From the NCBI GenBank assembly GCA_944388795.1, contig CALXKD010000003.1:10090-74089 (forward strand): a stretch of DNA of 64,000 bases. Direction: 5' to 3'. This document shows positions 28,700 to 37,903 of this stretch, in pieces. The position numbers were made by a program, and so were the translations under genes. The stretch's first letter is position 1; the number at the start of each line of letters is the position of its first letter. The notes beneath the pieces are model-generated. The model saw nothing but the letters and a program-made list of their open reading frames with translations, made no database searches and was not told the DNA's origin. The DNA is from an uncultured Clostridia bacterium (lineage in GTDB: Bacteria; Bacillota; Clostridia; TANB77; CAG-508).

Positions 28700-30702
28700 T
28701 CACATTGAGCAAAAAATTAATCATAACAGAGAAACCATCTGTAGCAATGGAATTTGCAAAAGCATTAAAAATTACAACTAGTAGAAAAAATGGATATTTA
28801 GAATCCAATGATTGGATTATTACATGGTGTGTAGGTCATTTAGTTACCATGAGTTATCCTGAAAAATATGATGAAAAATTAAAATTTTGGAGATTAGATA
28901 CTTTACCATTTATTCCAGAAGAGTGGAAATATGAAATTATACCACAGGTGCAAAATCAATTTAATATTGTGCAACAATTGTTACAAAGGGAAGATGTAGA
29001 GGAAATATATAATGCAGGAGACTCTGGAAGAGAAGGAGAATATATACAAAGGCTTGTGTTTATGATGGCAAAGCCAAATCCAAAGGCAAAAATGAAAAGA
29101 GTATGGATAGATTCTCAAACAGAGGAAGAAATTCTAAGAGGCATCCGTGAAGCAAAAGATATGTCAGAATATGATAGTTTGTCAGATAGTGCTTATTTAA
29201 GAGCAAAGGAAGATTATTTAATTGGAATTAATTTTTCTAGACTATTATCTATCATATTTGGAAGAAGATTGGCACAAAATATTCATGAAGATAGAGCTTC
29301 TATTTCTGTGGGAAGAGTTATGACTTGTGTATTAGGAATGGTTGTATCTCGTGAAAGAGAAATTCGAAATTTTGTCAAAACAAAGTATTATAAAATTATG
29401 GGAGAATTTGGAGAGGAGCAAGCTTCTTTTAAAGCAGATTGGAAAGCAACAGAAAAATCTACTGTATGGGAATCTCCTAAGTTATACAATGAAACAGGAT
29501 TTAAAAAAGAAAGGGATGCAAAAGAATTTATTGTCAGTCTAAGTAATAAAAAAGCGGTCATAACAGAGTTAAAAAAATCAAAACAAAAAGAAAATGCACC
29601 ATTATTATTCAACTTAGCAGAAATTCAAAATGAGTGTACCAAACGATTTAAAATCAAACCAGATGAAACATTGGAGATTATCCAAAATCTATATGAAAAG
29701 AAATTGGTTACCTATCCTAGAACAGATGCGAGAGTATTATCAACAGCAGTTAGCAAGGAAATTAATAAAAATTTAAATGGAATTGCAAAAGGTTGTAAAG
29801 ATGAAGAGATACAAGGATATATTAAAAAAATGGTAGAAGAAAAATATTCTACGAATTTAGCAAAAACAAAATATGTGAATGATAGTAAAATCACAGACCA
29901 CTATGCCATTATTCCAACAGGACAAGGGTACGAAAATTTTAATAGTTTACCACAATTACAAAAAGATATTTATTTGGTGATTGTAAAACGTTTCTTAGCC
30001 ATTTTTTATCCACCAGCAGAATATAATAAAATACAATTAACAATTGAAGTGGAAATAGATAAAGAGAAAAAAGAAACCTTCACAACAAGTGGAAGAGTTT
30101 GTATTAATCAAGGATTTTTAGAAATTTTAAAACCTGTAGATAGACATGAAAATAAAAAGAAAAAATCCACAAATGGTGAGCAAGATGTGGAAAACAAAGA
30201 GGAAGAAAACAAAAATGGTGAAAATAAATCAGCAGACTTAGAAATATTAAAGAAACTAAAAAAAGGACAAGAAGTATTAATTAAGAATTTTGAAATTAAA
30301 GAAGCAGAAACCTCACCACCAAACAGATATAATTCAGGTTCTATTATTCTAGCTATGGAAAATGCAGGAAAATTAATAGAAGAAGAGGAATTAAGAGAGC
30401 AAATAAAAGGTGCTGGAATTGGAACAAGTGCAACAAGAGGAGAAATTATTAAAAAATTAGAAAAAATAAATTACATAGAAATTAATAATAAAACGCAGAT
30501 TATTACACCAAGTCAAAAAGGAGAATATATCTATGACATTGTTATGCAATCTATGCCAGATATGTTAAATCCGAAATTAACAGCTAGTTGGGAAAAAGGG
30601 CTAGATATGGTAGCCAAAAAAGAAATCAAACCAGAAGAATTTATGATAAAATTAGAAAATTATATTAACAGTAAATTTAATAAACTAGTTGTTAAAATGT
30701 AA
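28696..30702 (+). CDS. topB: DNA topoisomerase III
   Basis: TOPRIM N-terminus (LIITEKPSVA, DSGREGE), catalytic Tyr context TYPRTDARVLS, and a K/E/N-rich low-complexity insertion. An alternative TTG start lies at 28705. Confidence 0.9.
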   Translation: MITLSKKLIITEKPSVAMEFAKALKITTSRKNGYLESNDWIITWCVGHLVTMSYPEKYDEKLKFWRLDTLPFIPEEWKYEIIPQVQNQFNIVQQLLQREDVEEIYNAGDSGREGEYIQRLVFMMAKPNPKAKMKRVWIDSQTEEEILRGIREAKDMSEYDSLSDSAYLRAKEDYLIGINFSRLLSIIFGRRLAQNIHEDRASISVGRVMTCVLGMVVSREREIRNFVKTKYYKIMGEFGEEQASFKADWKATEKSTVWESPKLYNETGFKKERDAKEFIVSLSNKKAVITELKKSKQKENAPLLFNLAEIQNECTKRFKIKPDETLEIIQNLYEKKLVTYPRTDARVLSTAVSKEINKNLNGIAKGCKDEEIQGYIKKMVEEKYSTNLAKTKYVNDSKITDHYAIIPTGQGYENFNSLPQLQKDIYLVIVKRFLAIFYPPAEYNKIQLTIEVEIDKEKKETFTTSGRVCINQGFLEILKPVDRHENKKKKSTNGEQDVENKEEENKNGENKSADLEILKKLKKGQEVLIKNFEIKEAETSPPNRYNSGSIILAMENAGKLIEEEELREQIKGAGIGTSATRGEIIKKLEKINYIEINNKTQIITPSQKGEYIYDIVMQSMPDMLNPKLTASWEKGLDMVAKKEIKPEEFMIKLENYINSKFNKLVVKM

Positions 30703-30746
30703 AAAATGCAAATAGTCGGCTATACAGCTTAGTTGACTGTTTGCAT
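30701..30746 (-). terminator. Terminator of the minus-strand SDR gene
   Basis: ATGCAAATAGTC / GACTGTTTGCAT stem (one G-U pair). The T5 run reads on the minus strand (plus-strand A-run 30701-30705). Confidence 0.55.
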
Positions 30747-30794
30747 TAAAAAGTTTAGCTAGATAAATTTTCATTAAAAATATACTAATAAAAT

Positions 30795-31694
30795 TTAAAC
30801 AATGGTACCACCATTAACATGAATGATTTGACCAGTGACATAGCGAGAATCATCAGAAGCTAAATATAAATAAGCAGGGGCAAGTTCAAAAGGTTGACCT
30901 GCTCTTTTTAACGGAGTTTCTGTACCAAAAATAGAAACTTCTTCTGCTGTAAAAGAAGCAGGAATGAGTGGAGTCCAAATAGGACCTGGTGCAACGGCAT
31001 TAACTCTTATTTTATTATCTGCTAAAGATAAAGCTAAAGACTTTGTAAATACAGTAATTGCACCTTTGGTAGAAGAGTAATCAATTAAATTTTTCTTTCC
31101 AGCAAAAGCGGTAATAGAAGAAGTATTAATAATACTAGCATTTGCTTCTAAATAAGGAAGAACGGATTTTGTTAAATAAAAAAATGAAAAAATATTAGTT
31201 TCAAATGTGTTTTTTAATTGTTCTGAGGATATATCTAATATACTATTTTGTGGAAATTGTACACCACAATTATTCACTAAGATATCTACCTTTCCAAAAG
31301 TTTTTAGAGTTTCATTGATGACTTGTGTAGAACTTTCTTCTTTTCGTAAATCACAGGCAATTAATAAACATTTTCTACCATAATATTCAATGACTTCCTT
31401 TGTATAATTGGCATCTTCATGTTCATTTAAGTAAGCAATGACAATATCACAACCCTCTTTTGCAAATAAAACAGCAACTGCTCTACCGATACCACTATCA
31501 CCACCAGAAATGATAGCAACTTTCCCTTGAAGTTTTCCACTTGGTATATAATTTTGATTATCAAAAATAGGAAGTGGATTCATTTGGTTTTCTATTCCTG
31601 GTTGTACAGACTGATGTTGGGGAGGAAAAGTAATAGGTTGTTGTTTACAAACTGTTTCAAAATTATAATAGGGGATAAATGGGTAATCATTCAT
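30795..31694 (-). CDS. SDR-family oxidoreductase (YhxC/YghA-like)
   Basis: GGDSGIGR cofactor motif, NNCG, and the catalytic-region YSSTKGA. The start MNDYPFIP at 31694 follows SD AAGGAGA, so the track start at 31721 is unlikely. Confidence 0.85.
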   Translation of the reverse strand: MNDYPFIPYYNFETVCKQQPITFPPQHQSVQPGIENQMNPLPIFDNQNYIPSGKLQGKVAIISGGDSGIGRAVAVLFAKEGCDIVIAYLNEHEDANYTKEVIEYYGRKCLLIACDLRKEESSTQVINETLKTFGKVDILVNNCGVQFPQNSILDISSEQLKNTFETNIFSFFYLTKSVLPYLEANASIINTSSITAFAGKKNLIDYSSTKGAITVFTKSLALSLADNKIRVNAVAPGPIWTPLIPASFTAEEVSIFGTETPLKRAGQPFELAPAYLYLASDDSRYVTGQIIHVNGGTIV

Positions 31695-31873
31695 AATAAA
31701 ATTCTCCTTTATATCATACATATATAGTAATCTTTATGTTTTTATATACTTTCTTATTATATGCGATACTTTTATATTTATGCTTATATGAGAATTTATA
31801 TAGGACACAATCAAGGAATAATTAAGAAAAAAGTGTAAATAAAAAGTAATGAAAATAAATATGATTAACATTG

Positions 31874-31900
31874 GGAAAAGCCTCTCCAGCATGGAGAGGC
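31874..31900 (-). terminator. GC-rich terminator of the 31915-32616 gene
   Basis: GCCTCTCC (31880-31887) pairs with GGAGAGGC (31893-31900), followed on the minus strand by CTTTTCC. Confidence 0.55.
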
Positions 31901-31914
31901 TATCCGTTTAGAGG

Positions 31915-32616
31915 TTAGTTAATACGCTGACAAGCCCAAGCTCTTTTAATATTCTTTAAAAGTTCATAAAGATCTACTTTCTTTGCTGAATGAGCAGAAG
32001 TAGTTGTGATGACAGCCTTTTTTTCCTCTAATCGCCAAACAATAATGCATTCACGAGTTTTCATAGCTGGAAAATCATGTAACCAAGCAGCCGGAACCAG
32101 TGCAATTACGGGACGTTCAAGAGTTACCGATTCACAGAGTTCAAAAACTGAACGTTGAATCCATGTACGCACTCCAAATAATTGCTCTAATGCCTTATCA
32201 AAGGCAATCCATAATGTGCCATTATCCTCAGTGCGATAACCATTCTCTACTAATTTCTTTCCTACATATTCCAGTGGAATAGAAGAAATGCATAAATAGT
32301 CTAAAATAGACATTAACGCACACGGAACCGTACCACCGTCAAGCATTGTTTTATACCCAGCAGGTACAGACTTGCTATCTTTTACTTCCCTACACTCACG
32401 ATAATCATAGATTATATGAGAATAGTCGTACTGACAGTATGGACTTGGAATATGATTGTCGTCAATTCCTCCGATAAAAGAGAAATTGCAAGTTTCCAGG
32501 TAATGAAGAGACTGTTTCCAACTTTCTTCAAATGCAGATATTTCTTCCTTATAGAGTTCATACACCTCAGGGGTCAGCCGGGCATTCATCCCTGTGCATT
32601 TAAGTGATTCTAGCAT
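31915..32616 (-). CDS. Hypothetical protein in a compositionally atypical (higher G+C) segment; possible papain-like Cys peptidase fold
   Basis: Perfect SD AAGGAGGT. Hand-counted 60-nt lines inside the gene give 40-42% G+C, against 17-32% in flanking lines. The motif GGTVPCALMSILDYL (Cys99, codon 32320-32322) resembles the catalytic Cys context of C39-like peptidases, and a later AAWLHDF provides a candidate His. Confidence 0.6.
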   Translation of the reverse strand: MLESLKCTGMNARLTPEVYELYKEEISAFEESWKQSLHYLETCNFSFIGGIDDNHIPSPYCQYDYSHIIYDYRECREVKDSKSVPAGYKTMLDGGTVPCALMSILDYLCISSIPLEYVGKKLVENGYRTEDNGTLWIAFDKALEQLFGVRTWIQRSVFELCESVTLERPVIALVPAAWLHDFPAMKTRECIIVWRLEEKKAVITTTSAHSAKKVDLYELLKNIKRAWACQRIN

Positions 32617-32862
32617 AAAAATTTACCTCCTTTTTTTCGAGGGAAGAACTCCCTCTTTACTTATGCTTTGTGTTATCTTGTAGCATATTTATTATACCAC
32701 AAAATGACTGAAAATTCAATAAATATAGGCATTTGATGAGATATACATATTGTTAAAAAAGAAAAATATATTACTAAAACTATTTATATTTTCTAAAAAA
32801 AGTAGTATAATATAGAAATCAAACAAACAAGGAGAAGAAAATGAATACTATTTTAGGAGAGC

Positions 32863-35800
32863 TTGGAAAATCTCGGGAAGTTTGTAACATTGGTAAATCA
32901 AATAGAAAATGAAAAAAGTCCGATTATGTTATCGGGCTTAACTGGCGTGGGAATGATAGAGTTATTAGCTAGTATCAATGAATATGCGAAAAGACCAATT
33001 CTAATTGTTACATATAATGAAATTCAAGCAAAACAAATATCAGAGAATATAAAAGCATTTATGGATAAGGGAGACATCTTTCACAAAAAGGAAATTGTAA
33101 CTTATGACTATATTGCAGAAAGTAAAGACTTACCTTATGAAAGAATTGAAGTTCTAAGTAAAATCAAAGAAAAAAGAAATCCAATCATAGTAACAACGAT
33201 AGAAGCTCTAATGCAAAAATTACCACCAAAAGATGTATTATTCAAAAACTTGTTACATTTCAAAGTAGGCGATATCTATTCATTAGAGGATATAAAGAAA
33301 ACTTTAGTAAGTCTAGGATATGTGAGATGTGATTTAATAGAGGGAAGAGGACAATTTAGTATTAGAGGTGGTATTTTAGATATTTCTGTTTCTGACAAAA
33401 TCGGTGTGAGAATTGAATTTTGGGGAGATGAAGTAGATTCTATTAGAAATTTTGCTATTGTTAGCCAAAGATCAATTAATGCTTTAGAAAAAGTAGAAAT
33501 TTATCCAGCACATGAATACGTATTAGAACAATCTATAGAACAAGTATGTAAAAATATTAGAAATTTAAGTGTCAATGAAAAACAAAAAGAAATCGTAGAA
33601 GAAGATATAGAGCAAATTATAGGTGGAAACTATATCAGTAAAATTGATAAATATTTTGATTGCTTTTATACAAACTCCTCTACATTATTGGACTACCTAT
33701 CTGAAAAATATATTATCGCATTAGATGAAGAAAGAAAAATAGAGCAAAGAACAGAAAATATTAAACAAGATAGAAAAAATCTAATCAATGCTTTAGTGGA
33801 AAAAGAAAAAATGATTCCACAAAGTTTAGAGGATACGATTGAATATGAAGAAATCGAAGATATTTTAGAAAATGGAAAAAGAAATGTAATCTATTTAGAA
33901 AAACAAGATAGCGTGACCAATAAGCAAGCAGAAAAATATGTTTTTGAATATAGAGAAGTCAATTTCTATAAAAGTGAGATTGAAAATTTATTTGAAGAAT
34001 TAAAAGAAGCCTTAAAGCAAAAAAAGAGTGTATATGTATTAGTTGAGAATAAGGAAAAGGCGAAAAAACTAAAGGAAATATTAGAAAAAGAAGAAATTAT
34101 TTGTAAGATAGAAGAAAAACTAGACAAAACCATTGTCGTAAAAACAGTAGAAAAAGTCGTTACTATTGGAATTGGAAAAATATCTGCAGGTTTTGAAAAT
34201 TATGAAATTAATCAATTGGTCATTTCAGCAGATGAATTAATTAGTGGAGAAAAGAGAAAAAGAAAAGCTGTCCATTCTGCTTATGCAGAAGGAGAAAAGG
34301 TTGTATTTGCGGATTTAAAAATAGGAGATTATGTGGTTCATAAAACCTATGGGATTGGTATCTATATTGGTGTCAATACCATTAAAGCAGATGGAACGAT
34401 TAAGGACTATATCAAAATCAAATACAAAAATGATGATATTTTGTATGTACCAACAAATCAAATGGATATGATTCGAAAATATGTTGGTGGAGATAAAATT
34501 AATCCAAAAATCAATCGATTAGGTAGCAAAGAATGGGAAAATACCAAAACAAGAGTTAAGAAAAACTTAAGAGAAGTAGCGACAGAATTAATCGAGTTAT
34601 ATGCCAAAAGAGAAAAATCGCAAGGGTTTGCTTTTAGTAAAGATACGCCTTGGCAAAATGAATTTGAAGCAAAATTTCCATATCAAGAAACAGATGACCA
34701 ATTACGTTGTATTGAAGAGGTCAAAAAGGATATGGAAAATCCTAAACCAATGGATAGATTACTATGTGGTGATGTTGGATATGGTAAAACAGAAGTGGCC
34801 ATAAGAGCAGCGTTTAAAGCCGTTATGGACCAAAAGCAAGTAGCCTATTTAGCACCTACAACCGTTTTAGCAGAACAACAATATCAAGAATTTAAAGAAA
34901 GAATGAAGGATTATCCAATCAAAGTAGAGATATTGAACAGATTTAAATCTGCAAAATATCAAAAAGAAGTCATCAAAGGGTTGAAATTAGGAGAAGTAGA
35001 TGTTGTGATAGGAACCCATAGAATTCTTAGTAAAGATGTAGAATTTAAGGATTTAGGCTTATTAATTATTGATGAAGAGCATAGATTTGGTGTAAAAGAT
35101 AAAGAAAAGATAAAACAATACAAAACCAATGTAGATGTATTAACGATGACAGCAACACCAATCCCAAGAACTTTACACATGTCTATTGTGGGAGTAAGAG
35201 ATATGTCTGTTATCTATGAACCACCTCATAACAGGAGACCTGTACAAACTTATGTATTAGAATATGATAGAGAAGTGATAAAAGAAGCAATTACGAAGGA
35301 ATTAGAAAGAGATGGGCAAGTATTTTACATCTTTAATAATGTGGAAAATATCCAACAAAAAGCGGATGAAATATCAAGACTTGTGTCAGAGGCAGAAGTT
35401 TCTTATGCACATGGACAAATGTCAGGAAATCAGATTGAAGAAATCATGAATGATTTTATCCAGAAAAAGTCAAATGTATTGGTTTGTACAACGATTTTAG
35501 AATCTGGAATTGATATTCCAAATGCGAATACCATTATTGTTGAAAATGCAGATAGAATGGGATTAGCACAGTTATATCAAATACGAGGAAGAGTGGGAAG
35601 AAGTGACAGGCAAGCTTATGCATATATTACCTATAAACGAGATAAATTATTATCAGAAGTGGCAGATAAGAGATTAAAAGCTATAAAAGAATTTACAGAG
35701 TTTGGATCAGGATTTAAAATTGCGATGCGTGACTTAGAAATCAGAGGAGCAGGAAGTTTACTTGGAGAGATTCAATCAGGACATTTAGAACAAGTAGGAT

Positions 35801-36351
35801 ATGATACCTATTGTAACTTGTTAGATGAAGTTATCAAAGAAATGAAAGGTATTGAAGTAAAACCAGAAGTCGATATCCAAATAGACTTAAATGTCACCAG
35901 CTATATTCCAGATGACTATATCTCAGATGCCAATCAAAAAATTGAAATTTATCAAGATATTGCTTTGTGTAAAGATGAAGAAGATATCCAAAATATTATT
36001 GATGAACTTATTGACAGATTTGGTAATATGCCAGCAGAATTAGAAAACTTAATTGATATTGCAAGAATCAAATATTTAGCAAAAGCATTAAACATATCAA
36101 AAATTGCAAGCAAGAAAACGGCTGTTGTATTTACATTTGAAGAATCTGAATTTCCTTATGATGTCGCAAAACTTGTAAAAGAATATGGAAATAAATTAAA
36201 ATTTTCAGCAGGTATTAAACCTATGATTACATTAGAGATTGGGACAGATAATGAAATGAAAATTTTAAATGATGTAACAGAGTTTTTGAAGACATTAACG
36301 AAATACAAAAAAGAAGAGGATAAAGAAATGATTTATGATAAGCAATCATAA
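32863..36351 (+). CDS. mfd: Transcription-repair coupling factor
   Basis: UvrB-homology N-terminus, RNAP-interaction domain, and superfamily-2 translocase motifs GDVGYGKTEVA, DEEHRFGV and TATPIPRT. The 5' end is anomalous (see findings). Confidence 0.9.
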   Translation: MENLGKFVTLVNQIENEKSPIMLSGLTGVGMIELLASINEYAKRPILIVTYNEIQAKQISENIKAFMDKGDIFHKKEIVTYDYIAESKDLPYERIEVLSKIKEKRNPIIVTTIEALMQKLPPKDVLFKNLLHFKVGDIYSLEDIKKTLVSLGYVRCDLIEGRGQFSIRGGILDISVSDKIGVRIEFWGDEVDSIRNFAIVSQRSINALEKVEIYPAHEYVLEQSIEQVCKNIRNLSVNEKQKEIVEEDIEQIIGGNYISKIDKYFDCFYTNSSTLLDYLSEKYIIALDEERKIEQRTENIKQDRKNLINALVEKEKMIPQSLEDTIEYEEIEDILENGKRNVIYLEKQDSVTNKQAEKYVFEYREVNFYKSEIENLFEELKEALKQKKSVYVLVENKEKAKKLKEILEKEEIICKIEEKLDKTIVVKTVEKVVTIGIGKISAGFENYEINQLVISADELISGEKRKRKAVHSAYAEGEKVVFADLKIGDYVVHKTYGIGIYIGVNTIKADGTIKDYIKIKYKNDDILYVPTNQMDMIRKYVGGDKINPKINRLGSKEWENTKTRVKKNLREVATELIELYAKREKSQGFAFSKDTPWQNEFEAKFPYQETDDQLRCIEEVKKDMENPKPMDRLLCGDVGYGKTEVAIRAAFKAVMDQKQVAYLAPTTVLAEQQYQEFKERMKDYPIKVEILNRFKSAKYQKEVIKGLKLGEVDVVIGTHRILSKDVEFKDLGLLIIDEEHRFGVKDKEKIKQYKTNVDVLTMTATPIPRTLHMSIVGVRDMSVIYEPPHNRRPVQTYVLEYDREVIKEAITKELERDGQVFYIFNNVENIQQKADEISRLVSEAEVSYAHGQMSGNQIEEIMNDFIQKKSNVLVCTTILESGIDIPNANTIIVENADRMGLAQLYQIRGRVGRSDRQAYAYITYKRDKLLSEVADKRLKAIKEFTEFGSGFKIAMRDLEIRGAGSLLGEIQSGHLEQVGYDTYCNLLDEVIKEMKGIEVKPEVDIQIDLNVTSYIPDDYISDANQKIEIYQDIALCKDEEDIQNIIDELIDRFGNMPAELENLIDIARIKYLAKALNISKIASKKTAVVFTFEESEFPYDVAKLVKEYGNKLKFSAGIKPMITLEIGTDNEMKILNDVTEFLKTLTKYKKEEDKEMIYDKQS

Positions 36352-36817
36352 TAAGCAATAGTTAGAATTAAGAATTCCAAATTATTAAGTGAAAAAACTA
36401 ATAATTTGGAGTTATTAAATTTTCAGCCAAAAGTTTGATACTTTTGGCTGGATTACATTACTATGCAGTATTCAAGATACTGGATTACAATGTATTTGTG
36501 AACTTATTATACCATATTTGACATAAAAGTCAAAGGGGTTAAAAAGATATCGAATATATATGTAAATATATTGCTAAAACTAAAAAAAAGTTATAAAATA
36601 CAATCATACAAAATCAAAGTATGGTTGTTTTTTTATGTATATGTACTATACGTGATCATATTTATGAACATTAAGGATGTGCCAAATTGTTCATTCTAAA
36701 AATATGCACAACGAAACCATAAAAAACTTGCATAATAAAATCACATAAATTTGCACAATGAATTTAATAAAAATAGACATATGTAAGATAAAATGCATAT
36801 ATGAATGGAGGTTTTAA

Positions 36818-37814
36818 ATGGAAATAAATTATCCACCATATACAATTACTGATAAAATGTTAAATTATGTATCAGATATAATGAAAAAAATAGGTGAAGC
36901 GAATTATTTTGAAAGTTTAAATAGATATCCAGAGTTAAGAAGAAAATCAAGAATAAGGTCAATACATTCTTCTTTGACGATAGAAAATAATCAATTATCA
37001 TTATTTCAAGTCGAAGATGTAATCAATGGAAAACCTGTAATTCGGGGAGCAAAAGGACATTCAAGAAGTAAAAAATGCATATAAAGCTTACGAACAAATT
37101 GATAAAGTAAATCCTTATTCAGTAGAAGATTTAAAAAAGATACACGGAATACTAACTTTTTTAATTGAAAAGGATGCAGGTAAATTTAGAAATCATGGCG
37201 AGGGTGTTTATGATGGAGATATATGTATTTTTACTTGCCCACCACATAAATTAGTACCTAGCTTAATGGATAATTTATTTAATTGGATGAATGAAGTTAA
37301 AGATAAAATAAATCCACTTATTTTATCCTCTATATTTCATTATGAATTTGTATTTATACATCCATTTCATGATGGAAATGGAAGAACCGCAAGGTTGTGG
37401 CAAACAGTAATTCTTTCACATTGGGAAAAAGCATTTACATATTTACCTATTGAAAGTATGATAAAGAAAAATCAAGAAGAATATTATACAGCTATTCAAA
37501 ATTGTAATAATGCAGGAAATTCAACAGAATTTATAGAATTTATGTTGAAAATGATTAATAATACAATAGATGAAATGAATAATTCAAAAGAAATGAAAGA
37601 TAAGTCTATATTATTACTTTCTGAAAATGAAGCTAAAATATTAAAATGTATAAAAGAAAATGTTATTATTGGTGCAAAAGATATTATTGAACAAACTAAA
37701 ATATCGGATAGAACTGTTAGAAGAATATTAAAAAAGTTTGTTGATAATAAAACTATTGAAAGTGTTGGAAATACTGAAAATACCCCAAACAAAAAATATA
37801 AATTGACAGAGTAA
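36818..37814 (+). pseudogene. Fic-family (AMPylase-type) gene interrupted by a frameshift in a G4 run
   Basis: The N-terminal frame (36818-37084) carries the inhibitory SxxxEN motif (SLTIEN). The second frame is open from 37041 and carries the Fic motif HPFHDGNGRTARL plus a C-terminal wHTH. Removing one G from GGGG (37044-37047) fuses the frames as ...NGKPVIREQKDIQEVKNAYKAY... Confidence 0.8.
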
Positions 37815-37903
37815 TGACAGAGTAATGGCAGAGTTAAAAATAAAAATAGGAATAAATTCATCTAAAAATATCAGTATAATAAAATAAAGAAAGAGGGAAA
37901 AAC

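Noticed and set aside
36664-36695. The inverted repeat ATGAACA-N17-TGTTCAT upstream of the Fic gene, considered as a LexA (Cheo) box.
   Set aside because: The Cheo box is GAAC-N4-GTTC. The 17-nt spacing here does not fit, so I make no SOS-box call.
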